NCBI GenBank assembly: GCA_965202585.1
Contig: CBDBBG010000218.1
Location: 1 to 64,000 of the forward strand
Direction of reading: 5' to 3'
DNA length: 64,000 bases
Source: Thalia democratica
Taxonomy: Eukaryota
The translations under genes and the position numbers were made by a program. Every line of letters starts with the position of its first letter. Position 1 is the first letter of the stretch. Of the stretch, positions 23,488 through 37,000 are shown piece by piece. The notes beneath the pieces are model-generated. The model was not told where the DNA came from and made no database searches. It saw nothing but the letters and a program-made list of their open reading frames with translations.

Positions 23488-26400
23488 TTTGAAGTATATA
23501 CTATTATAGTTTAGTTTTTTATTGCAAGTAGTTTAAAGAATATTTAGTTTTAATTGCTATAAACAGTTTTATATGTTTAAGCTATCACAGTTTTACTATT
23601 AACATTTTTAAAGCTTTATATTACTTACTATAGTAAATGTTGTTTAAAATAATGTTTTCACATAAAAAAAAAACAAAATGTTTTGATGAATATTTTATCT
23701 CAAATTACTTATTTGATATTTTGTGGAAGACAATCTTGTATTTTTATTTACACGTTGATTCAGTTATATAATGATTTTAGAAACTTTAATAGGCTAATAT
23801 TTATAGGTTAGAATTGTTTATGTACGTTTTTAACATCGTTTTATTTGTCTTAGAAAAATTAATGTTTTTACCACTGATTATAAAACATGGTTATTTGATT
23901 GAGGTGTTTTTAGTTTAAAGTACAAAAAATATATTTGGTACTTTAATTATTATTCTATTTACAAAAGCTAAGTTGATTTAGACTTTTTTTTGGATAAAAA
24001 TTAAAAATGAATAGTAATAGATAGAGATAAAATCAAAATTACATGTTTTTGATATTATCAACTTATACACTTTTTAAAAATAATACCTATGAAGAATAGT
24101 TAGATTTTATTGTGTTTCATGTTAAATTTTCACACTTATTTTAAAGCAGTTTTATGTGTATGCTTATGTTTATGCATCTACTTGTAAGTTTTTTTGCTAG
24201 GTAAGAGAATTACAAGAATAATTTTTTTCTACACTTTATAGTGTAGGAAGAAAACTTAACTAAAATGTATATCTAAGTAATTTATTTGAGCAACAAATGC
24301 CCTTAAAAAATTTATTTGTCAGACAGTTTAAAGTTCTTGAGCTAAGATAGATTAAATGGTTATAAGTAATTTATGGTAATTTAATTTCATAAGGATAAAT
24401 TTTGTTACTTAGATGATTCAAAATGTTTAGTTAACTTAGCAAGGTAAGGTTTTAATCTGTGTTTCATATTATTGTCTACAAACATTATTTTTATTCGTTA
24501 CAGTATTATCCATCGCGAAATTTAAAAAGTAAAGTTTTAAGTTGATGGTGTTTTTTTTGCTTCTCTATACAATGGTATATAGATAAGTTTAATGAAAAAG
24601 TTTATCAAAATGTTTTATCTATAAAAAGTGATTTTAAGCAGCTTGATCAACGATATTTTAAAAAATTTTGCTCTTAAAATTGCTTAAGAAAGTTTTGGCA
24701 GTATTAAATACAAGTTATCAATAATTAAAGCTACCTGTTAAGGTGTGCTTGCCTTTGGTGAAGCGAATTATAAATGATATAATTTTAAAAATACTATAAG
24801 CCTGTTTCAAGACATTTTATTTAAGAAAATCTGCTAACAGATTATATGGTGGTAATAATATTTGTATGACGTCATTATAGTATTTTTATGACGTCGGACT
24901 GAATAAATTTAGTAATAAAATTACAAGTCCACTTAACATATATTCTATAAAAATTAAACATAACTTTCAATAAATGTATTATGTCAACTAGTTATGTTAA
25001 TGAATATTATTGTGTTAAGTATATCAAGTAATTTAGATGTTTGTTTTTTCATCAATGTTAGTAATCATCCAAAGACAAAGATTTGTAAATACTAAAATAT
25101 TAGGTGATTATTTTACAGTTAATAATTTTAGACTACAATTAATGAAAGATTAGTTTAAATATTATAAGTAATATCAATTTTATTTTTAGAATAGCTTTGC
25201 ACATTCTTAATTGTAAAAATGTCTTTCGTTTTGGTCTAAAAGTTTTTGTTTTTAAGCACTCGACTTTTAAAATTAGCTAAGTTTGAATCTGTTTATGCAA
25301 AAAAAAATATTTTTCCATATATAATAATTTGTCCTTTGAACGCTTCTTACTTTAAGTTTGTAGAAACAATACTTTTACGTGTTTTCACTTTAAAATAATC
25401 CTTGGAAAATAAAATAATGAATCCTAGTTTTGAGATAACCCGGTTTTTCAATTAAACCAATTTGGAAATAGTAAAATAAAAAGAAAGCTGCAATACACTG
25501 CTTGATGTTTTGATAAAAATGTTTAGTTATTTTTTACGGTTTATAAATTTTTTGCGTTATTTTCACTGATTTTACGACAAAACATTGATCTTTACAACGA
25601 GCACTAGCAAGAATAGAAATAAAGTTAAAGCTTATTTAAAAAAAAAAAGAGTGAATGTTTATTAACTTAGCACGGATAGTTTTAAACAAACATACGTGTA
25701 TTCTAGATAGCTATTTATTATAACTTTATGTTAATTGATGTTAGTGTTAAAAAGATATTAAGAGAAAATGTTTCGAAGAGCATAAGCTTTTTTTTTTGAA
25801 AAATTAAATTGTTTCTGTCTTAGATAATTACCGAATACGGTCTTTTCTGTTATGTTTCTTTTTTCAAAAATATAATTTGTATCCTAACTAAGTTCTGGCC
25901 GGATCAAAATGACTCAAAAGCAAGAGTCAATATTTTTTTGTAGAACACGACGTTATACTTCAAAAACCAATCATACTAACTAAACGACATAACTGCCTTA
26001 AATTACACAAGTCTTAAAATAAACACTTTATTAAATACTTTTAAAACCCCTAGTTGATGCATATTTTAATAAAAAAAAACATTTTTGTTGCTAAAGAAGT
26101 TAGAAAACTAATTGATATAAAATTCAAAATTAATTTTCAATTTGAACTTTGTTTGTTATTTCTTTTCGTACTATACCATTAGAAGCGAGTGGATGTTTTA
26201 TAGCTTCACGTTGTTTCTTAACTTCAATATACATATTTGTCTTTTGACTTCAATACATACTATTCGAAATTTTGGTGTTTTTAACTCCCAAATTTCATTT
26301 TATCTTGTTCTAAATTTTAGTAGTTATAAGTAAATCAAATAAATTGTATTGCGTTTGTATAATTTTATCATCGTACTTAAAAGTTATATTCTAAAGTAAT

Positions 26401-26969
26401 CGACAGTAGACGTTGAAGTTTTATGAACTTTATACCACTGAACATTAAACTTTTAAGTTAAAAATTTATATATGCAACAAAAGTTTAAACAAATTACACA
26501 AGGGAAAGTTGAAAAAAGTTCAAGTGAGTATCATTAAGTTGAACTAGCATAACTGTAAGTATACTCTAATTTCAACTTTAAACTTAAATTATCGGAAATT
26601 TTAAAATTAAAGTTGATTAAAGGTAAAGTTTTAAATTTGGAACTAAAAACAGAGCTGTGCTAAAGTTTCAAGCTTTTCCAGATTGATTTTGAATCGTAAA
26701 ACTATCCAACTTTAGTTTTCAAGTGCATCTAATCTGTTTTTCTCCGTACCACACTAACTTTAAATTATTCATAAACAATATTAAACATGATATTAAAGCA
26801 TATAAAAAACTTTTTTGTTTAAATTATTTGAAGCAAGGAGGTTAACAATATTTTAAACCACGGTTTACGCAGCTTATTCGTATAAAACACCAGAAAATAT
26901 AACTTGTTTTCTTTTTTTAATTAGACAATGAACTTTACCGCAAGATCAACAACAACAGCATCCGAGACA

Positions 26970-27014
26970 ATCCTACGACCAGTTTCGTCCTTATTAGGAC
27001 TCATCAGATGACCG
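26970..27014 (-). ncRNA. Minimal type I hammerhead ribozyme motif (Penelope-like-element type)
   Basis: Minus strand reads cggucau-CUGAUGA-GUCC-UAAUAA-GGAC-GAAA-C-UG-GUC^guagga. Catalytic core is perfect, stem II is 4 bp, stem III is ACUGGU. Predicted cut between 26977 and 26976. Stem I pairing is weak. Confidence 0.8.
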
Positions 27015-27239
27015 AAATAAATATTGGCTTTTTTAATTAGGAAACGGTACAAAGTTGTAGTACTGAAACATGATAGTACAGCATATTTTTGATCAAAACC
27101 CGAAAACTACTCCAAAAAAAAATAATAATGGTGAAGGAATTTTTATTTATCATATAAAAACATTATAGATTTACTTAGAATAAATACAAATACAAATATT
27201 ATACATTAAACGAGTTTATTCAGTAACATCAAAGTATGT

Positions 27240-27398
27240 TTATTGGTAATCGAAGTAGAATCCCTTGGCGGTGTTGGCGCTGTCAGATCTGAACACGATG
27301 TACATCCAGTTACCGGTCGCTTCAATGTGGTACCTCTGGTTGTAGTTGTCGAAAATGTTGGCCAGTTGGGCGTCAGATTCGGTTTGTCCGTCGTACAC
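27240..27398 (-). CDS. Terminal exon of a CUB-domain protein (C-terminal half of a CUB domain)
   Basis: GC-rich island after acceptor ttttcaaag. Translates VYDGQTESDAQLANIFDNYNQRYHIEATGNWMYIVFRSDSANTAKGFYFDYQ*, matching the CUB pattern VYDG...I..TGN.M.I.F.SD.....GF...Y. AATAAA overlaps the stop and recurs at 27215-27220. Confidence 0.85.
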   Translation of the reverse strand: MYDGQTESDAQLANIFDNYNQRYHIEATGNWMYIVFRSDSANTAKGFYFDYQ

Positions 27399-27642
27399 CT
27401 TTGAAAACGTTTATTTGATTTTTTTAATCTCTAAAATACTTGGACGTTAAAAAAAGTAGAAAATTTTTCAAAATAGAATAAGCCATTGCTTTAGAGTTTA
27501 TTTATCGTTTTTAATCTTTCCAGTTTAAACAAATTCTTATTTAAACTCATTATAGAATCCTTTTGTGTTAATATATACTGTTTTAACTCCGAATTTATTT
27601 CCAAACACTTTTGTAAATAAGAACTTAAAAGTGTGAACTTAC

Positions 27643-27665
27643 AACCAGCTCTCCTTTTCCGTTAA
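27643..27665 (-). CDS. Candidate 23-nt microexon of the CUB gene (xNGKGELV); also 55613-55635
   Basis: ctcag|ttaacggaaaaggagagctggtt|gtaagt. Splices in frame to give GELVVYDG (compare CUB 'YLEVYDG'). Its paralog at 3277-3299 differs only at two synonymous sites (aac/aat, ctg/ttg). Confidence 0.55.
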
Positions 27666-30600
27666 CTGAGTTTTACATATTTCCTATTATATTTAATATT
27701 TTGTTGCAAAAATTTTGCTTTGTCGAGTTGCTACAAGTAATTTTTATATTAATTAAAGAAAACTAATGTAAATGCTATGCTTTAACCGTAATGAATCTGG
27801 TGTTGGTGTATTAAAATAAACTAAACTTACAAGAGGTTAATATAAACTTTTATAATTAAAATTTTATTTTTCCACAAAATTGTATTCATTTATTGATAAA
27901 AGATATCAAAGGTCAGCTTCACAAACCTGCTAGTAGTTTGTTTATGTCAAAAATAATTTTTCAAACACTTTGTCATTTTATTTCTAATTTTAAATATTTA
28001 ATAATTGTTTTGTTTGTTCCATGTTCAAGTGAGCTGGGTTAGGGATAACGGTATACAAAAATAAGTATACGCCAGTATATATCTTAATTTAATTAATATT
28101 TTTCGGCATTTTAAAACAATTCTGAGATTAAAGTGTTTATGAGTTACTCTTAAAATCAATACACACTTGAAAAGAAATTTGTGCATCAATTAAAAATAAG
28201 AACTACAACTAATCTAAAAAAGTTTAAAATCAAGGAAATTATGTTGGTAAAAAGTAATGTAGCGAGGGCTCGAACTCGGGTCCCTGGGTTGAGGGGCGCG
28301 AGCACTGAACTCTACACTATTGTTCCACACAAAATGATACGTTTTTAAGATTATATAATTTTGCATGATAATTTAATTGCATATAACTTATTTAGTTCAT
28401 AATATTATTAAATTGAACCAAAACATTTTATTCGAGTAAGCACAGTACCAGCTGTGACATATTTCTTCACACAGCTTTCCGCCTTAGCTTTATAAAACTA
28501 TTGAAATATAACTTTTAAATTAGCCCCTATAGTTAATAATAATGCCATGGTTATAAAATTTTGTTCAAATCGTTTCTTGCTCAGTGCAAATTGTAGTAAT
28601 CAAGTAGTTAGTCGCTTGCCGTGTGCTGCAAGTATGACCATCTCTGTTCTATGATAAAGTTGTTAAAAATAAAACCGTCAGACTTATAGCTTAAACATAA
28701 TTATAGGCTAGATATGAGGGCGAGTCCGACCTACCCAACAAAAACATCTGGCTAGAAACGTAATAAATAGAAACGCAACTAAAGTTGAGTTTTTTATATC
28801 TTTTCAAAGAAGATGCTATTAACTTTATTTTTAGTACAAAGTTGTGCTTACTTCAATGTTCATTTAAAATTACTTTTGCTTTAAAGATTATTTTTGCTGT
28901 CGTCTTCAACAATTATCGCTTCACGCAGTATAATATCTATATGTTTAGCCCGCCGACCAGAAAAGTTTCTACTTATATTATAGGTCAAAAAAAAAAGTAT
29001 AGTTGAAGTGAAATTTAGAACAAATAAATTAAAAAAAGTACCTTGTTGCGGACCGCAACTTGTGGATTTTTCTGAACATTAGATACTAGTAACAAAGTAA
29101 AAGCACAAGGTATTGATTAATGCTTAAACGGTTAAAAGTTTAGACCTCCTAACAAATTAATGTTTTTTTTACTATTTTTAAAACTTCCATTTAAAAACAA
29201 AAATAAAGTCCATTATTTTAAAACTAACATTTTGTGGGTATTAAATCAGATAGGTTATGTTAAATTATTTTATAATACAATTTATGTACTAAAATTTGAT
29301 ATGTACAACATTTCAATAACTAGAAACGAAAGTCCAAGTTGTAACTTAAGTTGTAACAAGAAATACATCTAATCATTTTTTAAACTAACCTTCAATATTT
29401 ATCTTTGTCGAACACAAAACCTTATCTTTTTTTTTTCTAATTCAATAAATTTTTTAATCTTTTTCAAAAATAAAATTTATTATTGATATTAAATTCGAGT
29501 TATATATATTGTTTATTGAACGATAAGAAAAACCCTTAAAAAATTTTGGTATAAGGATGTGGTGTAGAAAAGAACCTTTCGGTTATCGAGTTGTACACCA
29601 CAGTATATAAGTATTTATATTTTAAACAGTAAAACTATAAAGGAAAAGTCTTTACTTAACTATAAATAAAACTCAGTTTTAAGTTAATATCAGTGGTAGT
29701 TATGAGATAAAAAAAATAGTAAACTTCTATACCCCTGAAAACTTGTTGTATTTAGACATAAGTTTACCGTGAACTTTACTTTTGTTGTATACCTTTAAAA
29801 ATAGATTAAGTTAATAATAAATAGATTTTTTTTTGTTCATAACTAGTTAGGAATTTGTTAACTTCTTGTTTCTTGTGGAACTTTTATGTAACTAAATGTA
29901 ACACAACACACTTTATAAAAATTATCTGTAAAAAGTTATATCTTAAAAAACAGTCTTTACTGATAGTATAAAACTAATTATAAATAAAAAATACTAAATT
30001 TTGTTTTGAGTTAACTCCTTTTTGTAGTAAAGACTTGATAAAACTTGAAGTTTTATTTAGCTTATAGCCGTAGCATTTAATTTTAGTTGTGTGCATATTT
30101 AAAGTCAAAGTTAATCGTAAACTGGTACCTATCTAGAAATATATAACATTTTATCTAAAATAGGTATTTGTATCGGTTTGTCGTAGAACTAGCAAAAAAA
30201 AACTTTTTCCTTTTAGCTATTTATGTAGTTACAAACTATAAGTTTATTTGAAAAGATTTAGTTGTTTTTCCAAAGCTTTATTAGTTGAAGTAAGTACGGC
30301 CCTAAATTAGCAGTTGGCCCATAGTTTGCTCGCTTCTAGTCTAATTTAAAGTTTTATACTTTGCCTTGTTTTTTTTTAACAACTTTTATAACAGCTTATT
30401 TCTAACTTTTATTTTATGATGAAAAGTAATTTTTTTTATAAACGGTTTTACCTGTTTAGAAATTAAATTTTGTTAACATTTTGTATCATTAAAAGTTTAA
30501 AGCAAAATGTTTTTCAGAAAACTTTCCTTTATACTTAAATGTAATAAACGTTTGTTTTACTTAATATATCACCTTTACGAACTTATAGAGTAGTACATGT

Positions 30601-30994
30601 TAATAAAACGTAGAAAATACCTTTTGTTTAATATACTTAATGAAAGCTTATAGTTAAAAAAAGTTAATGATAGATAAATTGACGATTTCAGCATCTAAAT
30701 ACTTGAATAGCATGAAAACGTTTATATGTTCTTTTTTAGTTTCAACAGTATTACGGTTTTGTATTGGTGTATTGTTTTACAACCAGAAGTTTGATGAGAA
30801 GCATAATTAAACTGTTTCAAGTTTTAAAATGTAACACAGAACTTGTTATTTATCTTATTAAAGGTTTGTAACAATTTTATTTTAATGCCTAGGTCCAGAG
30901 TTAGACAATAAACTGACAGTAATCAAGCGTTGTTACTTTAAAAAATAAAAATAAAATCTATTCAACGAGTTTATTCAGTAACATCAAAGTATAT

Positions 30995-31047
30995 TTATTG
31001 GTAATTGAAGTACCTCGGCGGTGTTGGGCGTCTGATTCGGTCTGTCC
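30995..31047 (-). pseudogene. Deleted CUB exon paralog, unit 2
   Basis: Identical to 2983-3035. Confidence 0.8.
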
Positions 31048-34000
31048 CTTTGAAAATGTTTATTTGATTGTTTTGAGAATTGAACTTGAAAATTAAAAGA
31101 AGCAGAACATTTTTCAAAATAGAATAAGCCATTGGTTTAGAGTTTGTTTAGCGTTTTTTATCTTTCCAGTTTAAACAAATTCTTTTTTAAACTCATTATA
31201 GAATCATTTTGTGTTAATATATACTGTTTAAACTCCGAATTTATTTCCAAACACTTTAGTAGATAAGAACTTAAAAGTGTGAACTTACAACCAACTCTCC
31301 TTTTCCATTAACTGAGTTTTACATATTTCTAATTAATAATATTTTGTTGCAAAAATTTTGCTTTGTCGAGTTGCTACAAATAAATTTTTTATTAATTAAA
31401 GAAAACTAATGAAAATCTATGCTTTAACCGTAATGAATCTGGTGTTGGTGTATTAAAACAAACTAAACTTACAAGAGGTTAATATAAACTTTTATAATTA
31501 AAATTTTATTTTTCCACAAATGTATTCATTTATTGATAAAAGCTATTAAAGGTCAACTTCAAAAACCTGCTAGTAGTTTGCTTATGTCAAAAATAATTTT
31601 TCAAACACTTTGTCAATTTATTTCTAATTTTAAATATTAAATAATTTTTTCGTTTGTTCCATGTTCAAGTGAGCTGGGATAAGGGTATACAAAAATAAGT
31701 ATACGCCAGTATATATCTTAATTTAATTAATATTTTTCTGCATTTTAAAACAATTCTAAGGTAATTCGTGAGTCACTCTTAAAATCAATACACACTTGAA
31801 TAGAAATTGATGCATTAATTAAAAATAAGAACTACAACTCATCTAAGAAAGTTTAAAATCAAGGAAATTATGTTGGTAAAAAGTAATGCAGCGAGGGCTC
31901 GAACTCGGGTCTCTGGACTGAGGGGCGCGAGCATTGACCTCTACACTATTGTTCCACATGAAATTATTACGTTTTCGAGATTATATAATTTTGCATGATA
32001 ATTTAATTGCATATAACTTATTTAGTTCATAATATTATTAAATTGTTTAAAAACTTGTAGCGCTTATGCCTAAAATAAAACAAAAAGTTTGGTAACTATC
32101 AATGAGAACCAAAACATTTTATTGGAGTAAGCACAGTACTATGGATGAATCAAAAAGTAGTATATAAGTACAACATTAAACAAGCTTCGATGCTTTTTAT
32201 ACATTTTAAGACAGTTATCTTATTAAACGATGTTACTTCAAGACAATATTTATTCATTAAGTTATAAGTTTATTATTAACTAGTATGATAAATTAAATGT
32301 TTAAACTTTGATAAACGTAAAGTAATTTTGTTTATATTATTACTTAAAGTAAAACTTAAGCAGATTTTTACAATTTTTTGATTGTCATGTATAACTAGCA
32401 AACTTCTTCATTTTAAAGATAGAATCTAAACAGTTTATTGGAAAGATAAAAAATGATTTAATAGTGTCTTAGTAAAAAAAAAAGAATAAATAACATTAAA
32501 ATCAAATAATTTTATTTTTACGTCATTTCGTCAATTAACAACATTTGGGTAAAAGAGTAAATTATATTTAATATTTAATAAAACGGACACTTTACAAATT
32601 TACTTACATTACAATTTTAATTTAAAGCTTATAAGAAATAAGGAATTGAAAATAAAATTAAAATAAACCTGATTTCTTACTTAAACAATTGTTAAGATTC
32701 AATTGTAATTAAACTAAAATAGAGACATAATTAACTTATAGTCTACGCGAAAACAAGACTTATAGGTGTACTTAAACTTTTATAAATAGACGATATAATT
32801 GTAATAGCAGTTACTTTAGTTATTAAATTGTGTCTTGTCATTTGCTACTTAAAGGACATATTATCGTACTAAAAACAGTATCTAAAGTCGATTACAAAAG
32901 AATAATTATAACAAGTTTGATTACAATAACTATTTAAAACTGTTGAGTCGTTAAACGTTGCTTTTATTGTCAAATAAATTCGTGTGGTTGCTTATAAATT
33001 TTAAGTAAAACAAATAACACGTAGTATGTCTAATTGAAATTAAATTAAAATAGTGACATGAGCAACTTTTAACTGACTTTTATAAACAAACAGTCTACAA
33101 GATAATTAAATACAAAAAAAAATTTTTATTGCTATTTATGAGACTTAGTATTAAATACAATAAAATAGTTTAACTACTTGAATTACAATAGATACTGACA
33201 TACTAAACTACAATGCAAAACTGCTGTGTTACTTATAGAATAATACCAAGGTTGTCTACTATAAAAATGCATCATTCATAGTACAACACCAAGGATATAT
33301 ACTATAAAACATCAAGCTTTACTTTTAGTTTAAACCTAACTTTAAAAATAAAATTCTGCTTAGTTTTGGGCTGTTAATAGAATTAAATACGAAACAGCAT
33401 TAACTCTCAATAACAAACGCTATTAGTTCAGGTTGAACAAAAATTAAAATAACTTGACAGACATAAGAAATTATAAGCTATCTAACAATACGATTTATCT
33501 AACTTATCTAACAATAATTTCGTTTAGATTGAAACATATATTTTAGTTAATCCAAAAGTTTTATTTACTTATAAATAAATAACTATCCTACCTTTATTTT
33601 CCAAAACATACAAAATACACTTAAAATATAAATATATATAATTATATTCAGTCTTTACTTATTCGGCAAGAAATATAACTAAATAGACAAACAAAAAAGC
33701 ATAATATAACAACAAAATAGACTTATACACAAATAACATTAATTAAAAAGAACACATAGATTTATTTTTAAGTAAACCTTGAAATAGTTTTACTGAAACA
33801 ACAAAAAACAATGAAGTGTTAACTAAAAATATAAAGCTGGACCTAACTTTAGTTTATTAAAATAGAATTAACTTACGAAATAAGAAATTTGAAGCATAAT
33901 AACAAATTAGACTTATAAATAAACATTAGGACAATTTCATAAGAAACCATACAAACATGTTTTTACAATTTAAAAAAGTTCTACAGCAACATCAATGAAC

Positions 34001-37000
34001 TATTTACTAAAATATGATGTAATTTTGTTAAAAGGAAAGAAATAAATCATTAGTAAAATACACATTTGAACTAATTCCGAGTTTTGTTGAACTTTAACAA
34101 ATACTTGTCCAATTAAAAACGATCCCATAACATTAGAAAAAACTACATTGAATACAATGAATGCTACAACGAAGTAGTTACATTTGGAAAACTCACAAAC
34201 ATATGAAAAGAGAATTAATTTGCCTAATTCCATTGAGTTTTATGTTGGTGATAAGCAGAAGTATAAATGATCAGAATCTTTAAGAAAAGATGGGCAATAA
34301 ATCATAACATAGTATTTAGTTAACTGTTTTAGTTATTGAAACATGTATGAAATATTGAGGCATTGTTAAACCAAACAGTTTAGATTTCATAAGACTCTAA
34401 ATGTAGTACCTATTTTCAATGTTTTTCAACTTTATTGAAAAATTTTTTAAAAATACAACTTAGACAAGACCATTATGTATGAAATACAAAACAATATGGA
34501 GTTACCAAAATTACTGTAAACAATAACTAAACGAGACCCCAAAATTAAAATGGTTTTTGAACTGGCCTTGATTATAATAAAAACATAAGTTAATTTTAAG
34601 TTTTTGAATTTAGAGAAACATATAATGTTTGGCGTTAAAGACCTAATAAGTTTTACAGGACTTTAATAAGCTTTTATATAGAAAGTATATTCGAGCTGTA
34701 ATTATTATCTGTAAGTTAAAGTTAAATGTTGTTTTTAGAATAAATCTGGAATTAGTAATATAAACCAGCGCGACAAGATAATAGTTCATAATAAAATACT
34801 AAGAGCAAATTTTAATTTAAAAATCAGTATGTTCTGAAAATAATAGGAGAATAAAACAAAATATATAGATGTATATATTAGAATGATTAAAGAGAAACCA
34901 TAGTTAAAGAAAACTTTAGTTAACATCACAGTAAAACGAACGGAAGAATTTTATACCAGCTAAAAATACGAAATTGGATCTAATTTTAGTCTTGTTGAGA
35001 ATAAGTATATTTATTCACGAATACGACATAAATCATAGTTCAAAGCTCTATGCTAAACCAATATTTTTTTAAATTGAAATGATTGAATAACGTAAATTTC
35101 GACAAAAGTAGGACAAATTTACGAACCAGAGTTGCCATAATACCATTATCAATTGAACGTTATACGCTTATTAAAATTTGGTTCATTTAAAACTAAAATC
35201 TCTAGTGAATAATTTGTAAGGTAAGCAAGTATGTTGCAGACATTTTAAAACTAGATTTAGCGATTCAGTTGAATTTTATATGGTAATAAACATACTTTTT
35301 TAGTAAAACTAGATGTAGAGTAAATAGTCTAAGTAGATAAGGTAGTTACAAGCAGGATTATTTGTAGTTATGAAGTGAAATTAAAGGAAATTAGTATTAA
35401 ATCCGTAAACAACTGCTTCACTTAAATTAAGTAAAAACACATCATAGATTTCTAATAACCTAACGTTTAATTGCATCCAAAATCAAACCAACCAAGTAGT
35501 TCTACAGATGATTAATAATTAACAAAAATAAGTGTAATAATTAACATACGAATAACAATGCAATAACTAAGAAAATACTAAAACTTGAATGATAAAACAT
35601 TAATAAAAGCTCTTCATCAATACATCTTGACACTTTAAAGCATATGTTAATGTAGAGAAAACTACCACACTTAATGAGACTATATGATGACGTAATAATA
35701 GTGTGTAATAAGACCAAATAAATTTCAACTAAAACACCTAAACTATATGGATAAAAAAAGATATTTCGTTACTTTAATAATGCATACAATTTTATGTGGA
35801 CAAACAAAGACGTTTATTATGAGAAATTTGAACTTGATTGAAAATTATTGTGCAAAATTACTTGCACTTAAAAGAACTAAAACTATTTACAAATATTATT
35901 AACTAAAGAGAACCCGTGGAAAAGTTTCCAAATAACCTTGGTATTTAAATTGCAAAGTTATTTTACAGTAACATGAACAAAACAATGAAGTGTTAACTAA
36001 AAATATATCTAAACCATGAGTAAAACAAACTTTATAATATAAAACTCACTTTTAAACCAAAATTTATCGAAGTAGAATTAAATCAAGAAAAAATTAAATT
36101 TAGAACATAATAACGAATTAGACTTATAAACAAACTTTAGAACAAATTCATGAAAAACCAATTTTTTTTAAACAAACTTTCAAGTATTCTACAGTAATAA
36201 TAATGAAACAATCACTAAAACATGATCCGTTTTTGATTGATAAGACTTAGATTGACCCATAAATAAATTAAAACTAAATAAATTTACTTCACCGTTTTCT
36301 AACCTTTCTTTATATAAAGATTTCAAAAAAGAACTGTAAAAAAAAATATGTTTTAAAAAGTTTAAATCAAGTAGACGAGCTTTAGAACATGTAAAACTAA
36401 GGAAGTTTTCAAATTAGTTGACAGAAAATAAGACCATAGTATATACAATCTTATACTAAAAAACCACCAAAAACAACTAAACAAGTTGAAAAAAACAAAA
36501 TACGACCTCAAAATTGAAATGTTTACTTAATCGGCACAGTTTTATAACTTCGCCAGTATTTGGTTTAGAGTTATATATATTAGTGTAAAATAAAGTCATA
36601 CATAACGATTTAATTTAATACAGACCGTTTATTGTTTAAAACATAAAATTGGAAATAACCATATAAAGCAGCGCAACAAAATTAGTTATTAAGATTAATT
36701 AAGAATAAAATCAAAGATTATATATTAAGAATTGAAAGTAATTATAACATAAATTAATCTTCAGCGCGGTAAGGTATTGTTTAAAACTGAATGCATACTT
36801 AATTGTTTACTTAAGAAATACTTTTCTATCAAAGTGATTAGTATAAAATAAATAGTTAATGTAGAAAAATAAGTTAATAAAAGGGCGAATTAGTGATAAT
36901 TAGCTATTAATTGATTGTTTAATTAGACAATTAAAACCAAACTGATGATCTAAGTTGAAAGATTTACATAGGTAAAATGCCTTTGTTATTTGAAATATGA

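Larger units (their letters stand above)
1..28012 (+). repeat. ~28-kb tandem repeat unit, copy 1 (phase set by the window start; true junction unknown)
   Basis: Sequence from position 1 (tttgttccatgttcaagtgagctggg) recurs at 28013 and 55983. ORF-track entries recur at offsets 28012, 27967 and 27970. Confidence 0.99.

Noticed and set aside
25880-25930. ggccggatcaaaatgactc as a piggyBac-like MITE end
   Set aside because: No matching opposite terminus or TTAA TSD could be identified.
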